Assembly (NCBI GenBank): GCA_024648695.1
Contig: JACAVV010000009.1
Coordinates: 40,843 to 104,842, forward strand
DNA from: Nitrospina sp.
Lineage (GTDB): Bacteria; Nitrospinota; Nitrospinia; Nitrospinales; JACRGP01
Length of the DNA stretch: 64,000 nucleotides
Direction: 5' to 3'
In this document: positions 44,731 through 54,472 of the stretch, one piece after another
Numbering within the stretch: position 1 is the first letter of the stretch
How the letters are laid out: every line of letters starts with the position of its first letter
The notes under the pieces: model-generated
What the model was told of the DNA's origin: nothing
Database searches by the model: none
Seen by the model: only the letters and a program-made list of their open reading frames with translations
Made by a program: the position numbers and the translations under genes

Positions 44731-46779
44731 TTAGGCGACCACCCGGTTGCGGCCTTCTTTCTTAGCTTGATACAGGTATTGATCCGCCTTGTTAAGGAGC
44801 TGTTCTAGTGATTCAACCCCTTGGTTGACGCTGACCAATCCCATACTAAAAGTAATGTTAATGGATATCTCGCCGGATTTGAAACAGGATTTCTGGATGG
44901 ATTCAAGCAGTTTGCTTGTGAAGCTCAATCCTCCTTCTTTTTGGGTTTGCACGAGAAGAATCAAAAATTCTTCTCCCCCCCAACGGGCTACGGAATCCTG
45001 TTCCCGACAGTTGGATTTTAATATTTCTGATACAAATTTCAGAACTTCATCACCTTTTAAATGCCCGTAGGTATCGTTCACTCTTTTGAAAAAATCAATA
45101 TCTGCCAGGACCAGGGAGTAAACGACTCCAAACCTCCGATATCGGGTATGCTCGTACTCCAGGCGTTGCACCATCCCTCGCCGGTTGAGAAGGTTGGTCA
45201 AAGGGTCTATGAGCGAAACACATTCCAGTTGATGGATCAAGTCCTCTTTTTCTTTTAGCAGAAAAACATGATCGGATATATCCCGAGCAATAGTCGAGGC
45301 ACCTATAATTTCACCTTTTCCATCGTAAATGGGCGAAACGGTGAGAGAGACATGAATACCTTTCCCATCCTTTTTTTGCATCTGGGTCTCGAAACTATTC
45401 AGGGTTTCTCCCCGCTTGATTTTTTCAAGAATATAGCTGTATTCAGCCTGTCGATCCTTCGGAACAAGAATGTGGGTCCCTTTTCCCATAATTTCAAAAT
45501 CTGAATAACCAAAAATTTTTTTCGCCGCGTTGTTCCAAAATGTGATGGTTCCATCCATTTGCTGACCCCAAATGGCATCCTCGGTATTTTCCACAATGGA
45601 AGCCAATTGTTCGCGGGCGTCGACTGCCATCTTTTGGTCTGAAATATCACGGGTTATTCCGATAAACATAGGCTGACCTTCAGACTCCATTACCGAAATG
45701 CCAAGTTCCAGAGGAAAGGTGGTTCCATTGCGACGCAGTCCAATAACCTCCCTGCCGATACCTATGATTTTCGCATGGCCTGTTTCCAGATAATTTTTCA
45801 AATAACTGTCATGTTGAGATGAATAAGGCTCCGGCATCAACATCTTGACGTTTCGACCGATCACCTCCTCAGCCAGATAACCAAAGATTCTCTCGGCGGC
45901 CGGATTAAAATCCTTGATTTTTCCCCTTTTATCAATGGTTATTATTCCGTCTATGGTATTATTTAATACCGCTTCAATGCGGGTTTGTTTTTCCAGAAGT
46001 TTGTTTTCAAATATTTTTCGCTCACTGATATCCTTCACTATCCCGGTAAACATGGTTTTATCTTCCAGGTGAGCTTCACCGATGGAGAGCTCGAGTGGAA
46101 ACTGGGCACCATTTTTTTTAAGACCCACCACTTCCCGACCAATGCCAATGATCTTTGCTTTTCCCGTTTTCAAATAATTTTGCAAATAATTGTCATGTTC
46201 CGCCTGAAAAGGTTCAGGCATCAGCATTTTTACGTTCTGGCCAATCACCTCATTCGCCTGATATCCGAATATTTGTTCGGCGGCTGGATTAAAGGTCTGG
46301 ATTATCCCGGAGATATCAATGGTGATGATTCCATCAATCACATTATCGATGACGACTTTTGCAAGTTCCTTTTCATCATTTAATTTTCTTTTATATTGAT
46401 CAAGAACATTTATATTACATGAAATGGTTGAAGCTCCGATAATCTCTCCTTCTCCAGATTTAATAGGGGAAACTCTCAAGAACACTTCTGTCCGCGCACC
46501 ATCCTTATTAACCCGAATGGTCTCCAATTCCTCTATGGTTTCTCCATTCCTGATTTTCCTTAAATATTGTTCAGCCTCCTGTTTGCGGTCGTCAGGAAGA
46601 AGAAAGGCGCAGTTTTTTCCGAGAACTTCCTCGGCAGAATACCCGTAAATTTTTTCTGCCGCCTTGTTCCAACTGATAATTTCTCCCGTTAAGCTCTTCC
46701 CAATCACAGCATATTCGGCCCCATCCACAATGGATGCTAAAATATGTTGATAGTCTATCTGTTTGTGGATCATTTGCAA
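44731..46779 (-). CDS. Four-PAS diguanylate cyclase (PAS-PAS-PAS-PAS-GGDEF); the two central PAS domains are FixL-type heme-PAS-like
   Basis: C-terminal GGDEF domain (DPLTNLLNRRG, DIDFFKRVNDTYGH, RWGGEEFLILL). Four PAS units are visible. Units 2 and 3 contain GQNVKMLMPEP..(E/Q)HD(N/S)YL.NYL.TG.AKIIGIGREV.GL(K/R)(K/R)NG..FPLEL. Confidence 0.88.
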   Translation of the reverse strand: MQMIHKQIDYQHILASIVDGAEYAVIGKSLTGEIISWNKAAEKIYGYSAEEVLGKNCAFLLPDDRKQEAEQYLRKIRNGETIEELETIRVNKDGARTEVFLRVSPIKSGEGEIIGASTISCNINVLDQYKRKLNDEKELAKVVIDNVIDGIITIDISGIIQTFNPAAEQIFGYQANEVIGQNVKMLMPEPFQAEHDNYLQNYLKTGKAKIIGIGREVVGLKKNGAQFPLELSIGEAHLEDKTMFTGIVKDISERKIFENKLLEKQTRIEAVLNNTIDGIITIDKRGKIKDFNPAAERIFGYLAEEVIGRNVKMLMPEPYSSQHDSYLKNYLETGHAKIIGIGREVIGLRRNGTTFPLELGISVMESEGQPMFIGITRDISDQKMAVDAREQLASIVENTEDAIWGQQMDGTITFWNNAAKKIFGYSDFEIMGKGTHILVPKDRQAEYSYILEKIKRGETLNSFETQMQKKDGKGIHVSLTVSPIYDGKGEIIGASTIARDISDHVFLLKEKEDLIHQLECVSLIDPLTNLLNRRGMVQRLEYEHTRYRRFGVVYSLVLADIDFFKRVNDTYGHLKGDEVLKFVSEILKSNCREQDSVARWGGEEFLILLVQTQKEGGLSFTSKLLESIQKSCFKSGEISINITFSMGLVSVNQGVESLEQLLNKADQYLYQAKKEGRNRVVA

Positions 46780-47214
46780 AACTTGTTTCCCTTAAGCAAA
46801 TCACTAAACCAGTTTTCTAGTGGTTATATTTTAACCTGAAGATGGAACAAACATTGGGCCAATAAATGCTTTTTGGTAAAAAGGTTTGTTTACGATAACT
46901 TCACCCAAGAATAAGTGGATCTGTCAGCTAAATTTTTTTATCATCAAAGCCCTAAAGTTATGAATTGCTTATCCAAACTAATGTTTGCAGTTACTCTATT
47001 ATCCAAAATAATTTTTAATTCTTCAAAAACCGGATAAATAACATTTTCTCATATTACACTATTAAAGAATTCCACACCCATTAAAACACAATTAATGAAA
47101 ATGTAAAGATATAATAATAAAAAAATGTCTTTTACCTTCATCGCCAACAAGTTTTCTTATTCCCAATCCTGGTTTTATTAGAAGAACTACATTGGTTGAC
47201 GAAAAGTATTTTTA

Positions 47215-47448
47215 ATGCAAAAATCAGGATTCTTGATATTTTTTAAGGACTATCAGATGCTCTACATCATAGGTGGCATACTAACCGTCCCCTTGGCTAT
47301 TTACTTTTATTGCCGTGCGGTTGCTTCTCGAAAATTGTACCAGTGTGCGAAATGCGGCGACCGGTTTAAGGTAGAACTGGAAGACCTGGAATGTTGCATC
47401 ACTTGCGGTGCCCCCCTTGATCACTCTTCAGTCAGCCGTCTGCAATGA
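47215..47448 (+). CDS. Small membrane protein with C-terminal zinc-ribbon (CxxC...CxxC)
   Basis: TM helix (LYIIGGILTVPLAIYFY) followed by CAKCGDRFKVELEDLECCITCGAPL. The start is either 47215 or ATG 47257. Hypothetical. Confidence 0.45.
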   Translation: MQKSGFLIFFKDYQMLYIIGGILTVPLAIYFYCRAVASRKLYQCAKCGDRFKVELEDLECCITCGAPLDHSSVSRLQ

Positions 47449-48059
47449 AATCAGCGGCAGGATTCTCCAGATTTTTTTTCCTGCAAAGTTTTTTTATTCA
47501 CCTCAGGCATTATTTTCCGTTTTACTTTGTTCACAAACCCCTTTGTACTCGACACAAAAAGGATTCTTTACAATGGAGCCAGGTTTTCTTTTGCCGGGGT
47601 TGTTTTTTTCTTTATGCTGGAGTCGTTACGAGCCTTAGCTCTCTCATGCTGGAATGGAATGAGGTTCCACCTGCCATCCTAAACAGGGTCGCGCCCATCG
47701 GATTCCTTTTGATTATTTCAGCCAGCATTCCGGATATTTATCAACACTGGCCGCGACCGGTAAAAGATGGTTTGAGGTTTGCCACTGGGTTTCTCCCTGT
47801 TTTCCTGCTGATTCTATCCGTACAAAGCGGATGGCTGATGGGACTCACCACCACGATGTTAATCGTTCTAGTCTGGAAAATTTTCAACATGAGGCGTGCA
47901 CCTCTTTCTGCAAGTGGGTGCGAAGGTTGTGAGGAACTGGATGGTGGAAAAGTTTGTTCCGGTTATCGCCTTCAGGCAGAACGGATCATGAAAGTCGAAA
48001 ACATTTTGAGCGAACGCGCAATGTATCACCTAAAACCGAACACGAGGACCGAAACATGA
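47445..48059 (+). CDS. Hypothetical polytopic membrane protein with cysteine pairs
   Basis: 204-aa ORF whose ATG overlaps the upstream stop (ATGA). Several hydrophobic helices, with CRGC and CEGCEELDGGKVC motifs. I recognise no family. Confidence 0.45.
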   Translation: MKSAAGFSRFFFLQSFFIHLRHYFPFYFVHKPLCTRHKKDSLQWSQVFFCRGCFFLYAGVVTSLSSLMLEWNEVPPAILNRVAPIGFLLIISASIPDIYQHWPRPVKDGLRFATGFLPVFLLILSVQSGWLMGLTTTMLIVLVWKIFNMRRAPLSASGCEGCEELDGGKVCSGYRLQAERIMKVENILSERAMYHLKPNTRTET

Positions 48060-48763
48060 TCGATCCAAAAGATTTGGGCGGCGGAACCCGTCCCGACCTG
48101 GGAGATAAAATCCTGATCACTCCAAATGACGGATTTGAGGGCTATGCAATTCAGGACCATAAAGGCATCGTATGGGGCGTTTCGATGCGGTCCAAAGATG
48201 TGGCGCAGGATTGCACCATGTCCTGCAAGCAATTGACGGGAGGGGAACTGACATCATTCACAGAACTGGAAGACGAATCGCGTCAAAAAGCCATCGAGCG
48301 GATGATGAAAATGACGCGGCGGATCAAGGGCAACGCGATCACTAATTTCCACTTTGAAACCCAGGGCGGATCAGGCATGGGGGTGATCATTGTCCAGGGC
48401 ACTGCCGTGGTGATAGAGCCCATCAAGGATTATGTTCCCCGTGAAGCATGGCCAAACTTAATGCTATCTGCTGTGAATGTCCAATTGGCCGGACAACAGG
48501 AAAAGGGCAACCCTCAACCGGAACCCGGACCAGATTCTGTAAAAGGAACAGGACAAACACCCGAGAAAGTGTTTACCCTGGCCAAGGTGAAAGTGGTCGA
48601 TCAAAACCTGTTCGCATTTTGCCCGAGTTGCCATACTCGTTACGAAGTTTCAAAAATAATTGGCGATGCCCGGTTCGATGCCCACCCGGACGTTCCCGGC
48701 CAGCAGGTCCGGTGCAAAAAATGCGAAACGGAGTTCACACTTCCTGAGCTGGACGACTCGTAA
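48056..48763 (+). CDS. YbjQ/UPF0145-like domain fused to a C-terminal MJ0042-type zinc finger
   Basis: The ATG at 48056 overlaps the upstream TGA (ATGA). EGYAIQDHKGIVWGVS...LTGGELTSF...RQKAIERMMKMTRRIKGNAITNFHFET...VIIVQGTAVV follows the YbjQ pattern. The C-terminus is CPSCHTRYEV...VRCKKCETEFTLPE. Confidence 0.65.
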   Translation: MIDPKDLGGGTRPDLGDKILITPNDGFEGYAIQDHKGIVWGVSMRSKDVAQDCTMSCKQLTGGELTSFTELEDESRQKAIERMMKMTRRIKGNAITNFHFETQGGSGMGVIIVQGTAVVIEPIKDYVPREAWPNLMLSAVNVQLAGQQEKGNPQPEPGPDSVKGTGQTPEKVFTLAKVKVVDQNLFAFCPSCHTRYEVSKIIGDARFDAHPDVPGQQVRCKKCETEFTLPELDDS

Positions 48764-48890
48764 TATATCCCAGGCTCTTCCTTTGCCTTCGGCTCCAACC
48801 TTACTTGAATCTAATGAAAATACTCAAAGCGATCGTAAGAAAAATTCTGGGCTTCACGGATTCTCCTGAATACATTTAAATAATACCCAC

Positions 48891-49166
48891 CTATGAAATC
48901 CCATTAAAGTCCAGAGTACCGGCAATCAATTGTTCTTTTTTTGATCGCGATAACTTCTTAACGGCTTGTTCGGCTTTAAGCGCTAAAGATTTGTCTCCGA
49001 TGGTTTTTTGAAACACCAGAGTCAGGGGTCCCTTGCCTCGAACGCTTTTGGCGGCTTTTTTGCCACCTTCTGAATGAATCTGAAATCTGCGTTCTACATC
49101 CTGTGTGATTCCAGTATACAAATATCCGTTTTTGAGCCGAATAATATAGAGGTGCCATGAATCCAT
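48891..49166 (-). CDS. GIY-YIG domain small nuclease-family protein (UPF0213-like)
   Basis: WHLYIIRLKNGYLYTGITQDVERRFQIHSEG is the GIY-YIG core pattern. Length 91 aa. Confidence 0.8.
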   Translation of the reverse strand: MDSWHLYIIRLKNGYLYTGITQDVERRFQIHSEGGKKAAKSVRGKGPLTLVFQKTIGDKSLALKAEQAVKKLSRSKKEQLIAGTLDFNGIS

Positions 49167-49210
49167 GGAATGACCCGGTAAACAAGAAAGAGAAAGGGGA
49201 AATCTAAAGG

Positions 49211-49888
49211 CTACCAGTAACCTTCCTGTGGCGAGTCATTAAGAAGCGAACCGTATTCCCATTGGCCGGAGAACACTTCCCCTGCTTTAATAAACACGCC
49301 GTGGCCATGATATCGGTCTTCAGAAAAACTGCCGAAATAGTGGTCGCCGTTGGAATAATACATCTTTCCCTGGCCATGGAAACGTCCATTGCGAAACTCT
49401 CCAGAATAGGTATCGCCATTAGAGAATACCATTTTGCCATGACCCTCAATTTTTCCGTACAGGAATTGCCCGGTGTAAATACTTCCATTGGCAAAATTGA
49501 ACATGCCCTGGCCGTGCATTTGGTCGTTCATAACCATACCTTCATACTTGTCGCCATTAGGCCAGGTGCGGGTGATGAACTGGGGTAAATCCGAGGTAGA
49601 TTCATCTTCCCAATTCCCCTCAGAAGTTTCGGGATAATGGTCGAAAGGAGAATAGTCCGGCTGGTTTTCAGCATATTTACCGCCGGCACGATTGCTGTAA
49701 AAGGTTTCCAGGCGTTTGTAGGCTTCGGTGATTTTATGAAACCTGGCGCTGGCTTGTTTTTGAAGGTCTTCCTCATCTGCAGGGAATCGGTCGGGATGCC
49801 ATTTTTTGACCAGTGTTTTGTAAGCCTGCTTTATTTCATCGAAAGTTGCATCACGCTTGATTTCAAGAATTTCAAAATCTGTGGGCAT
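49211..49888 (-). CDS. J-domain protein with C-terminal MORN repeats
   Basis: The N-terminus DFEILEIKRDATFDEIKQAYKTLVKKWHPDRF contains the HPD motif. The C-terminus has at least five Y-x-G-x-x-x-x-x-x-x-H-G-x-G MORN units (e.g. YEGMVMNDQMHGQG, YTGQFLYGKIEGHG, YSGEFRNGRFHGQG, YFGSFSEDRYHGHG). Confidence 0.85.
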   Translation of the reverse strand: MPTDFEILEIKRDATFDEIKQAYKTLVKKWHPDRFPADEEDLQKQASARFHKITEAYKRLETFYSNRAGGKYAENQPDYSPFDHYPETSEGNWEDESTSDLPQFITRTWPNGDKYEGMVMNDQMHGQGMFNFANGSIYTGQFLYGKIEGHGKMVFSNGDTYSGEFRNGRFHGQGKMYYSNGDHYFGSFSEDRYHGHGVFIKAGEVFSGQWEYGSLLNDSPQEGYW

Positions 49889-49920
49889 TTATATTGTGAC
49901 TTTCCAGGGAACCTGAATGC

Positions 49921-50388
49921 CTAGTGGCAATTTCGCAGTCCCTTTTTTTCGAGGTATTTTTGGTGGTATTCCTCAGCGCGATAAAACTCCGACGCTGGAA
50001 CGATTTCGGTAACAATTTTATTTGAAAACCGGCCCGACTGGTCCATGGCCTTGCGTGAAGCACGCGCCAGCTCCGCTTGTTCCTCATTGTGAGCCATTAT
50101 GATCGAGCGGTACTGAGTGCCGACATCGGGTCCTTGCCGGTTGAGCGTTGTGGGATCATGAACCGACCAAAACAAAGCAAGTAGTTGTTCGTAAGCAATA
50201 ATCGACGGATCGTACTTAACTTCCACCACTTCAGCGTGACCGGTTTGACCGCCACACACCATTTCATAGGTAGGGTTTGGCGCTTGGCCGCCACTGTAAC
50301 CTACAGCCGTCTCCACAACACCTTCCTGTTGACTGAATGCCAGTTCTACTCCCCAAAAACAACCGGCGCCAAAAGTCGCTGTTTTCAT
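49921..50388 (-). CDS. msrA: Peptide-methionine (S)-S-oxide reductase
   Basis: [12 protein letters not shown] active-site motif, [28 protein letters not shown]. The ORF is open to 50418. ATG 50388 (MKTATF) fits the family N-terminus. Confidence 0.92.
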   Translation of the reverse strand: MKTATFGAGCFWGVELAFSQQEGVVETAVGYSGGQAPNPTYEMVCGGQTGHAEVVEVKYDPSIIAYEQLLALFWSVHDPTTLNRQGPDVGTQYRSIIMAHNEEQAELARASRKAMDQSGRFSNKIVTEIVPASEFYRAEEYHQKYLEKKGLRNCH

Positions 50389-50569
50389 TCCGTCATCTCC
50401 AATGTACAAATCCATCATGATGCGCCCAAATTTTATTAAAGTTTTATAGGCACTATTTTGTTTTAACCATTGTAAACCAAAAAAGAAATTTTAATAGATT
50501 CCATTATCCATTTTCTTGCTATAAGCTGACCTTTTTGAGAAAAGCTAAGAACTAATAAATGCATTCTTT

Positions 50570-51769
50570 ATGAGTTCAGCAGATTACTTAATTGCAGGAG
50601 GCGGTGTTATCGGCCTGACCACCGCCCTGGAACTAAAGCGTCAATTTCCGAATTCCAGCATTCTCCTTCTGGAAAAAGAAGAGCGTTGTGGAAAGCACGC
50701 CAGCGGCCGCAATAGTGGCGTATTGCACGCAGGGTTCTATTACACTCCCGACAGTTTCAAGGCTCAGTTCACGCGCAAAGGTAACGTTCGTTTAACCCGA
50801 TATTGCCACGACAAGAATATCCCCTTGAACAAATGCGGCAAGTTGGTGGTCGCTAAAAATGGGCAGGATTTAACACAACTGGAGGTTCTGCTAAACCGCG
50901 CTCAAAAAAACGGTGTGCCATTGGAATCGGTCGACGAACAGGATGCGGCAAAAATCGAACCCAAGGCCAAAACCTTCGAACGTGCCTTGTTTTCACCCAC
51001 CACTTCTTCGGTCGATCCGGCTCTGGTGATGAATGCCTTGATTGATGACGCACTGTCTCAAGGAATCCAAATAAAAACCGGGGTTCGCTATACAGGACGG
51101 ACGTTGAGAGGGGTTCAAACTTCTTCCGGAGAAATGGAATGTGGGTACTTTATCAATGCAGGTGGGTTACACGCTGACCGAATTGCACGCGATTTCGGAT
51201 TTTCGCGGAACTACCGGATCCTTCCCTTTAAAGGACTTTACCTCTACTCCACCGAAACACAGGGGCCCCTGAAAACGCACGTGTATCCTGTTCCCGATTT
51301 ACGTAATCCCTTTCTGGGAGTGCATTTTACGGTGACGCCCAAGGGCCAGGTGAAAATTGGACCTACAGCCATTCCAGCATTCTGGAGAGAGCAATACAAG
51401 GGTGGGGAAGGATTCGGATGGAAAGAATTCGGGGAAATCCTGTGCAGGCATCTGTCCCTGGTGATTTCATCCAACTTCGATTTCAAACGGCTGGCGTATG
51501 AAGAACTGAAAAAATACTCGAAAACGCATTTGGTCCATTTGGCATCGGAACTGGTTCAAGGCATTCCGCTTAACCACTTCACTCGTTGGGGTCCTGCAGG
51601 CATACGCGCCCAACTGGTCAACATTAAATCGAAGGCGCTTGAAATGGATTTTGTTCTGGAAGGAGATAAGCATTCACTCCACATACTGAACGCAGTTTCG
51701 CCAGCATTCACATGCGCGTTTCCGTTTGCGGAGCATGTGGTGGAAAAAATTCTTGCCTTAACGGGTTAA
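50570..51769 (+). CDS. lhgO: FAD-dependent oxidoreductase, L-2-hydroxyglutarate oxidase-like
   Basis: DYLIAGGGVIGLTTA dinucleotide-binding motif. HASGRNSGVLHAGFYYTPDSFKAQF and LHILNAVSPAFT are typical of the LhgO/DAO subfamily. The symbol is tentative. Confidence 0.7.
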   Translation: MSSADYLIAGGGVIGLTTALELKRQFPNSSILLLEKEERCGKHASGRNSGVLHAGFYYTPDSFKAQFTRKGNVRLTRYCHDKNIPLNKCGKLVVAKNGQDLTQLEVLLNRAQKNGVPLESVDEQDAAKIEPKAKTFERALFSPTTSSVDPALVMNALIDDALSQGIQIKTGVRYTGRTLRGVQTSSGEMECGYFINAGGLHADRIARDFGFSRNYRILPFKGLYLYSTETQGPLKTHVYPVPDLRNPFLGVHFTVTPKGQVKIGPTAIPAFWREQYKGGEGFGWKEFGEILCRHLSLVISSNFDFKRLAYEELKKYSKTHLVHLASELVQGIPLNHFTRWGPAGIRAQLVNIKSKALEMDFVLEGDKHSLHILNAVSPAFTCAFPFAEHVVEKILALTG

Positions 51770-51775
51770 ACAGGA

Positions 51776-52858
51776 TCACACCTTGCTGAAGCTCAATTCT
51801 CTTTTGGCCTTTTTGATATCAGACTCAACCATCATTTCGACCAACTTTTCAAATCCGACTTTGGGAGTCCAGCCCAGCTTTTCCTTGGCTTTTGTGGGAT
51901 CGCCGATCAGTTGATCGACTTCGGTGGGACGAAAAAACCTGGGATCCACACGAACCACCACGTCGCCCGGTTGCAATACTTCTTTCAATTCATGGAAGAA
52001 TACTTCCTTGACCCGACCCACCTCGTTCAAGCCCGATCCCGACCACTCAATTTCCACGCCACCATACTTGAATGCCCGCTCACAGAATTCCCGCACCGAC
52101 CTGGTAACTCCTGTAGCAATAACGTAGTCACTCGCCGTCTCCTGTTGAAGCATCAACCACATCGCTTCTACATAATCACCCGCATAGCCCCAATCGCGTT
52201 TCGCTTCCAGGTTTCCCAGAGTGATGCATTTTTGCAGGCCGTGCAAAATGCGGGCGACTCCCAAAGTGATCTTGCGAGTCAGAAAACTTTCTCCCCGGCG
52301 CGGCGATTCGTGATTAAACAAAATTCCATTGCAGGCATACAGATCATAACCGTCACGATAATTGACGGTAAGCCAATAACTCAAAACCTTAGCGGCGGCA
52401 TAGGGACTGCGGGGGGAAAAAGGTGTGGTTTCGGTTTGAGGGACTTCCCTAACCTTGCCAAACATTTCACTGCTGGAGGCCTGGTAAAATTTAATGTTGG
52501 AGTCAATGTCGCGAATCGCATCCAGAAGGCGCACGGTTCCTGTACCGGTCACGTCAACAGTGTATTCAGGAATTTCGAAACTGACCTTCACATGGCTCTG
52601 TGCGGCCAGATTATAAACCTCGTTCGGTTGAATTTTCGTAAGTGCCGAGCGCAGGGAATTGGAATCTCCAAGGTCTCCGTAAATCAGGTTCAGTTTGGAT
52701 TCCATTCCTGCAAATTCACCGTGCAAGTGGTCGATCCGCTCACGGGTGATGGAACTGCTTCTACGAATCAGGCCATAAACCTCATAACCTTTAGACAACA
52801 GAAACTCTGCCAGATAAGAGCCATCCTGGCCGGTAATGCCTGTGATTAAAGCTTTCAT
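51776..52858 (-). CDS. gmd: GDP-mannose 4,6-dehydratase
   Basis: [65 protein letters not shown]. Confidence 0.95.
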   Translation of the reverse strand: MKALITGITGQDGSYLAEFLLSKGYEVYGLIRRSSSITRERIDHLHGEFAGMESKLNLIYGDLGDSNSLRSALTKIQPNEVYNLAAQSHVKVSFEIPEYTVDVTGTGTVRLLDAIRDIDSNIKFYQASSSEMFGKVREVPQTETTPFSPRSPYAAAKVLSYWLTVNYRDGYDLYACNGILFNHESPRRGESFLTRKITLGVARILHGLQKCITLGNLEAKRDWGYAGDYVEAMWLMLQQETASDYVIATGVTRSVREFCERAFKYGGVEIEWSGSGLNEVGRVKEVFFHELKEVLQPGDVVVRVDPRFFRPTEVDQLIGDPTKAKEKLGWTPKVGFEKLVEMMVESDIKKAKRELSFSKV

Positions 52859-52928
52859 GGGAATAATATTTCTGTAAAGTTGGGTGCTTGTGACCGGATG
52901 TTTACCAATTCAAGTGAGCGTTCAAAGC

Positions 52929-54374
52929 TTAACTGCTATTTTTTACCGGTCGACCATAAGCGTCTTCGTAGCGAATGATGTCTTCCTCTTTCAGGATGTC
53001 GCCCAGTTGAACTTCCAGAATAGAAAGGACCGAATCACCAGGATTGCTAATCCGGTGTTTGCTTCCTTTAGGAATAAAAATGGATTCCGATTTATTCAGG
53101 TTAAGAATTTCCTTATCCTTCTGTACCCGAGCGGTTCCACTGAGGACGGTCCAGTTTTCGGAGCGGTGTTCATGAGATTGCAAACTCAACATTTCTCCAG
53201 GGTTCACATCTATTCGTTTGACCAAATGCTCTGTCCCTGCCTCAAGAACCGTATAGGATCCCCAGGGTTTATGCACGGTGGGGTGCAGAGTCGCTTGCGG
53301 TTTTCCTTCTTTTTTTATAGTTTCCACGATTTTTTTAACATCCTGTGCCTGGTTTTTATCACAAATTAACAGGGCATCCGGAGTATCAACAATGATCATA
53401 TTTTCGATGCCCACCGTTGCAATCAAGCGCCCTTCTCCCTGAATGATGGACCCTTTGCTGTTGAGCGAAACAACGTTACTGGAAAAAACATTTCCATTTT
53501 CGTCTTTTTCATAAAGGTCTTCCAGCGTGGTCCAGCTTCCCACATCATTCCATTCCATGGAGCAGGGAATCATAGCCACTTTTTCGGCCTTTTCCATTAT
53601 CCCGAAATCCACCGACTCGTTTGGAAGCCTTTCAAAAATACCAGCACCCTCGGGATCCAGCAAACGAAACGGATACCTGCCCTTTTGGGCAACCAGATGA
53701 AAATACAAATTGTCCAAATGCTCAAACAAATCGGGTAACAATTGCCGAATGTGTTCCAGAATAGTAGAGACCTTCCAGAAAAAGACCCCGCAATTCCAGA
53801 AATAATTACCATCATCAACAAAGCGTTGGGCGGAAATCAAATCGGGCTTTTCGGTAAAACGCTCTGCCATGAAAACCTGATCGAACCCGCTCAATGGTAG
53901 ACCTTGCTTGATGTAACCGTAACCGGTTTCCGGCCTGTGGGGCTGAGCACCAAGGGTCACCAGATAACCTTGTCTCGCGACTTCCACAGCTTTCTTGACG
54001 GTCCTTTCAAAAACTTCGGTGTTGTTGATGATATGGTCCGCTGGATAAATTCCCATCACCTCCTGCGGATCTGACTCAGCCAACACCCGTGCCGCCAGGC
54101 CAATTGCCGCGGCAGTGTTTCGGGCGACAGGTTCTGCGATCAGGTTTTCTGAATGGAAACCAAAAGGAACCAACTGCCGGCAAGTCTCCAAGGCATGAGA
54201 TTCATTGGTCACCAGAAACAGGTTCTCCACAGGCGAAAGAGCAAGTAAGCGTTCTGCGGTCGCTTGCACCATGGTTTTTGATCCAACAATCCGGATCAAC
54301 TGCTTTGGAAACAACTCTCTGCTTTTGGGCCAAAACCGGGTTCCACTTCCTCCGGCCAATATGACATTGAACAT
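52929..54374 (-). CDS. manC: Bifunctional mannose-1-phosphate guanylyltransferase / mannose-6-phosphate isomerase (type II PMI)
   Basis: N-terminus ILAGGSGTRFWPKSR (nucleotidyltransferase). C-terminal cupin KPWGSYTVL...VNPGEMLSLQSHEHRSENWTVLSGTA. Confidence 0.92.
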   Translation of the reverse strand: MFNVILAGGSGTRFWPKSRELFPKQLIRIVGSKTMVQATAERLLALSPVENLFLVTNESHALETCRQLVPFGFHSENLIAEPVARNTAAAIGLAARVLAESDPQEVMGIYPADHIINNTEVFERTVKKAVEVARQGYLVTLGAQPHRPETGYGYIKQGLPLSGFDQVFMAERFTEKPDLISAQRFVDDGNYFWNCGVFFWKVSTILEHIRQLLPDLFEHLDNLYFHLVAQKGRYPFRLLDPEGAGIFERLPNESVDFGIMEKAEKVAMIPCSMEWNDVGSWTTLEDLYEKDENGNVFSSNVVSLNSKGSIIQGEGRLIATVGIENMIIVDTPDALLICDKNQAQDVKKIVETIKKEGKPQATLHPTVHKPWGSYTVLEAGTEHLVKRIDVNPGEMLSLQSHEHRSENWTVLSGTARVQKDKEILNLNKSESIFIPKGSKHRISNPGDSVLSILEVQLGDILKEEDIIRYEDAYGRPVKNSS

Positions 54375-54472
54375 GTTGCTAATAGCTTGGAGTGAGGGTT
54401 TTCGAGGACGCTTCAGGCAAGTCAGGGCGATTCCCTGATGACACTATTGGTACCTTATTCTTTTACAATCAA

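Noticed and set aside
51911-52849. 312-aa plus-strand ORF
   Set aside because: It is antisense to gmd, whose identity is unambiguous, and has no recognisable domain. It is a shadow ORF.
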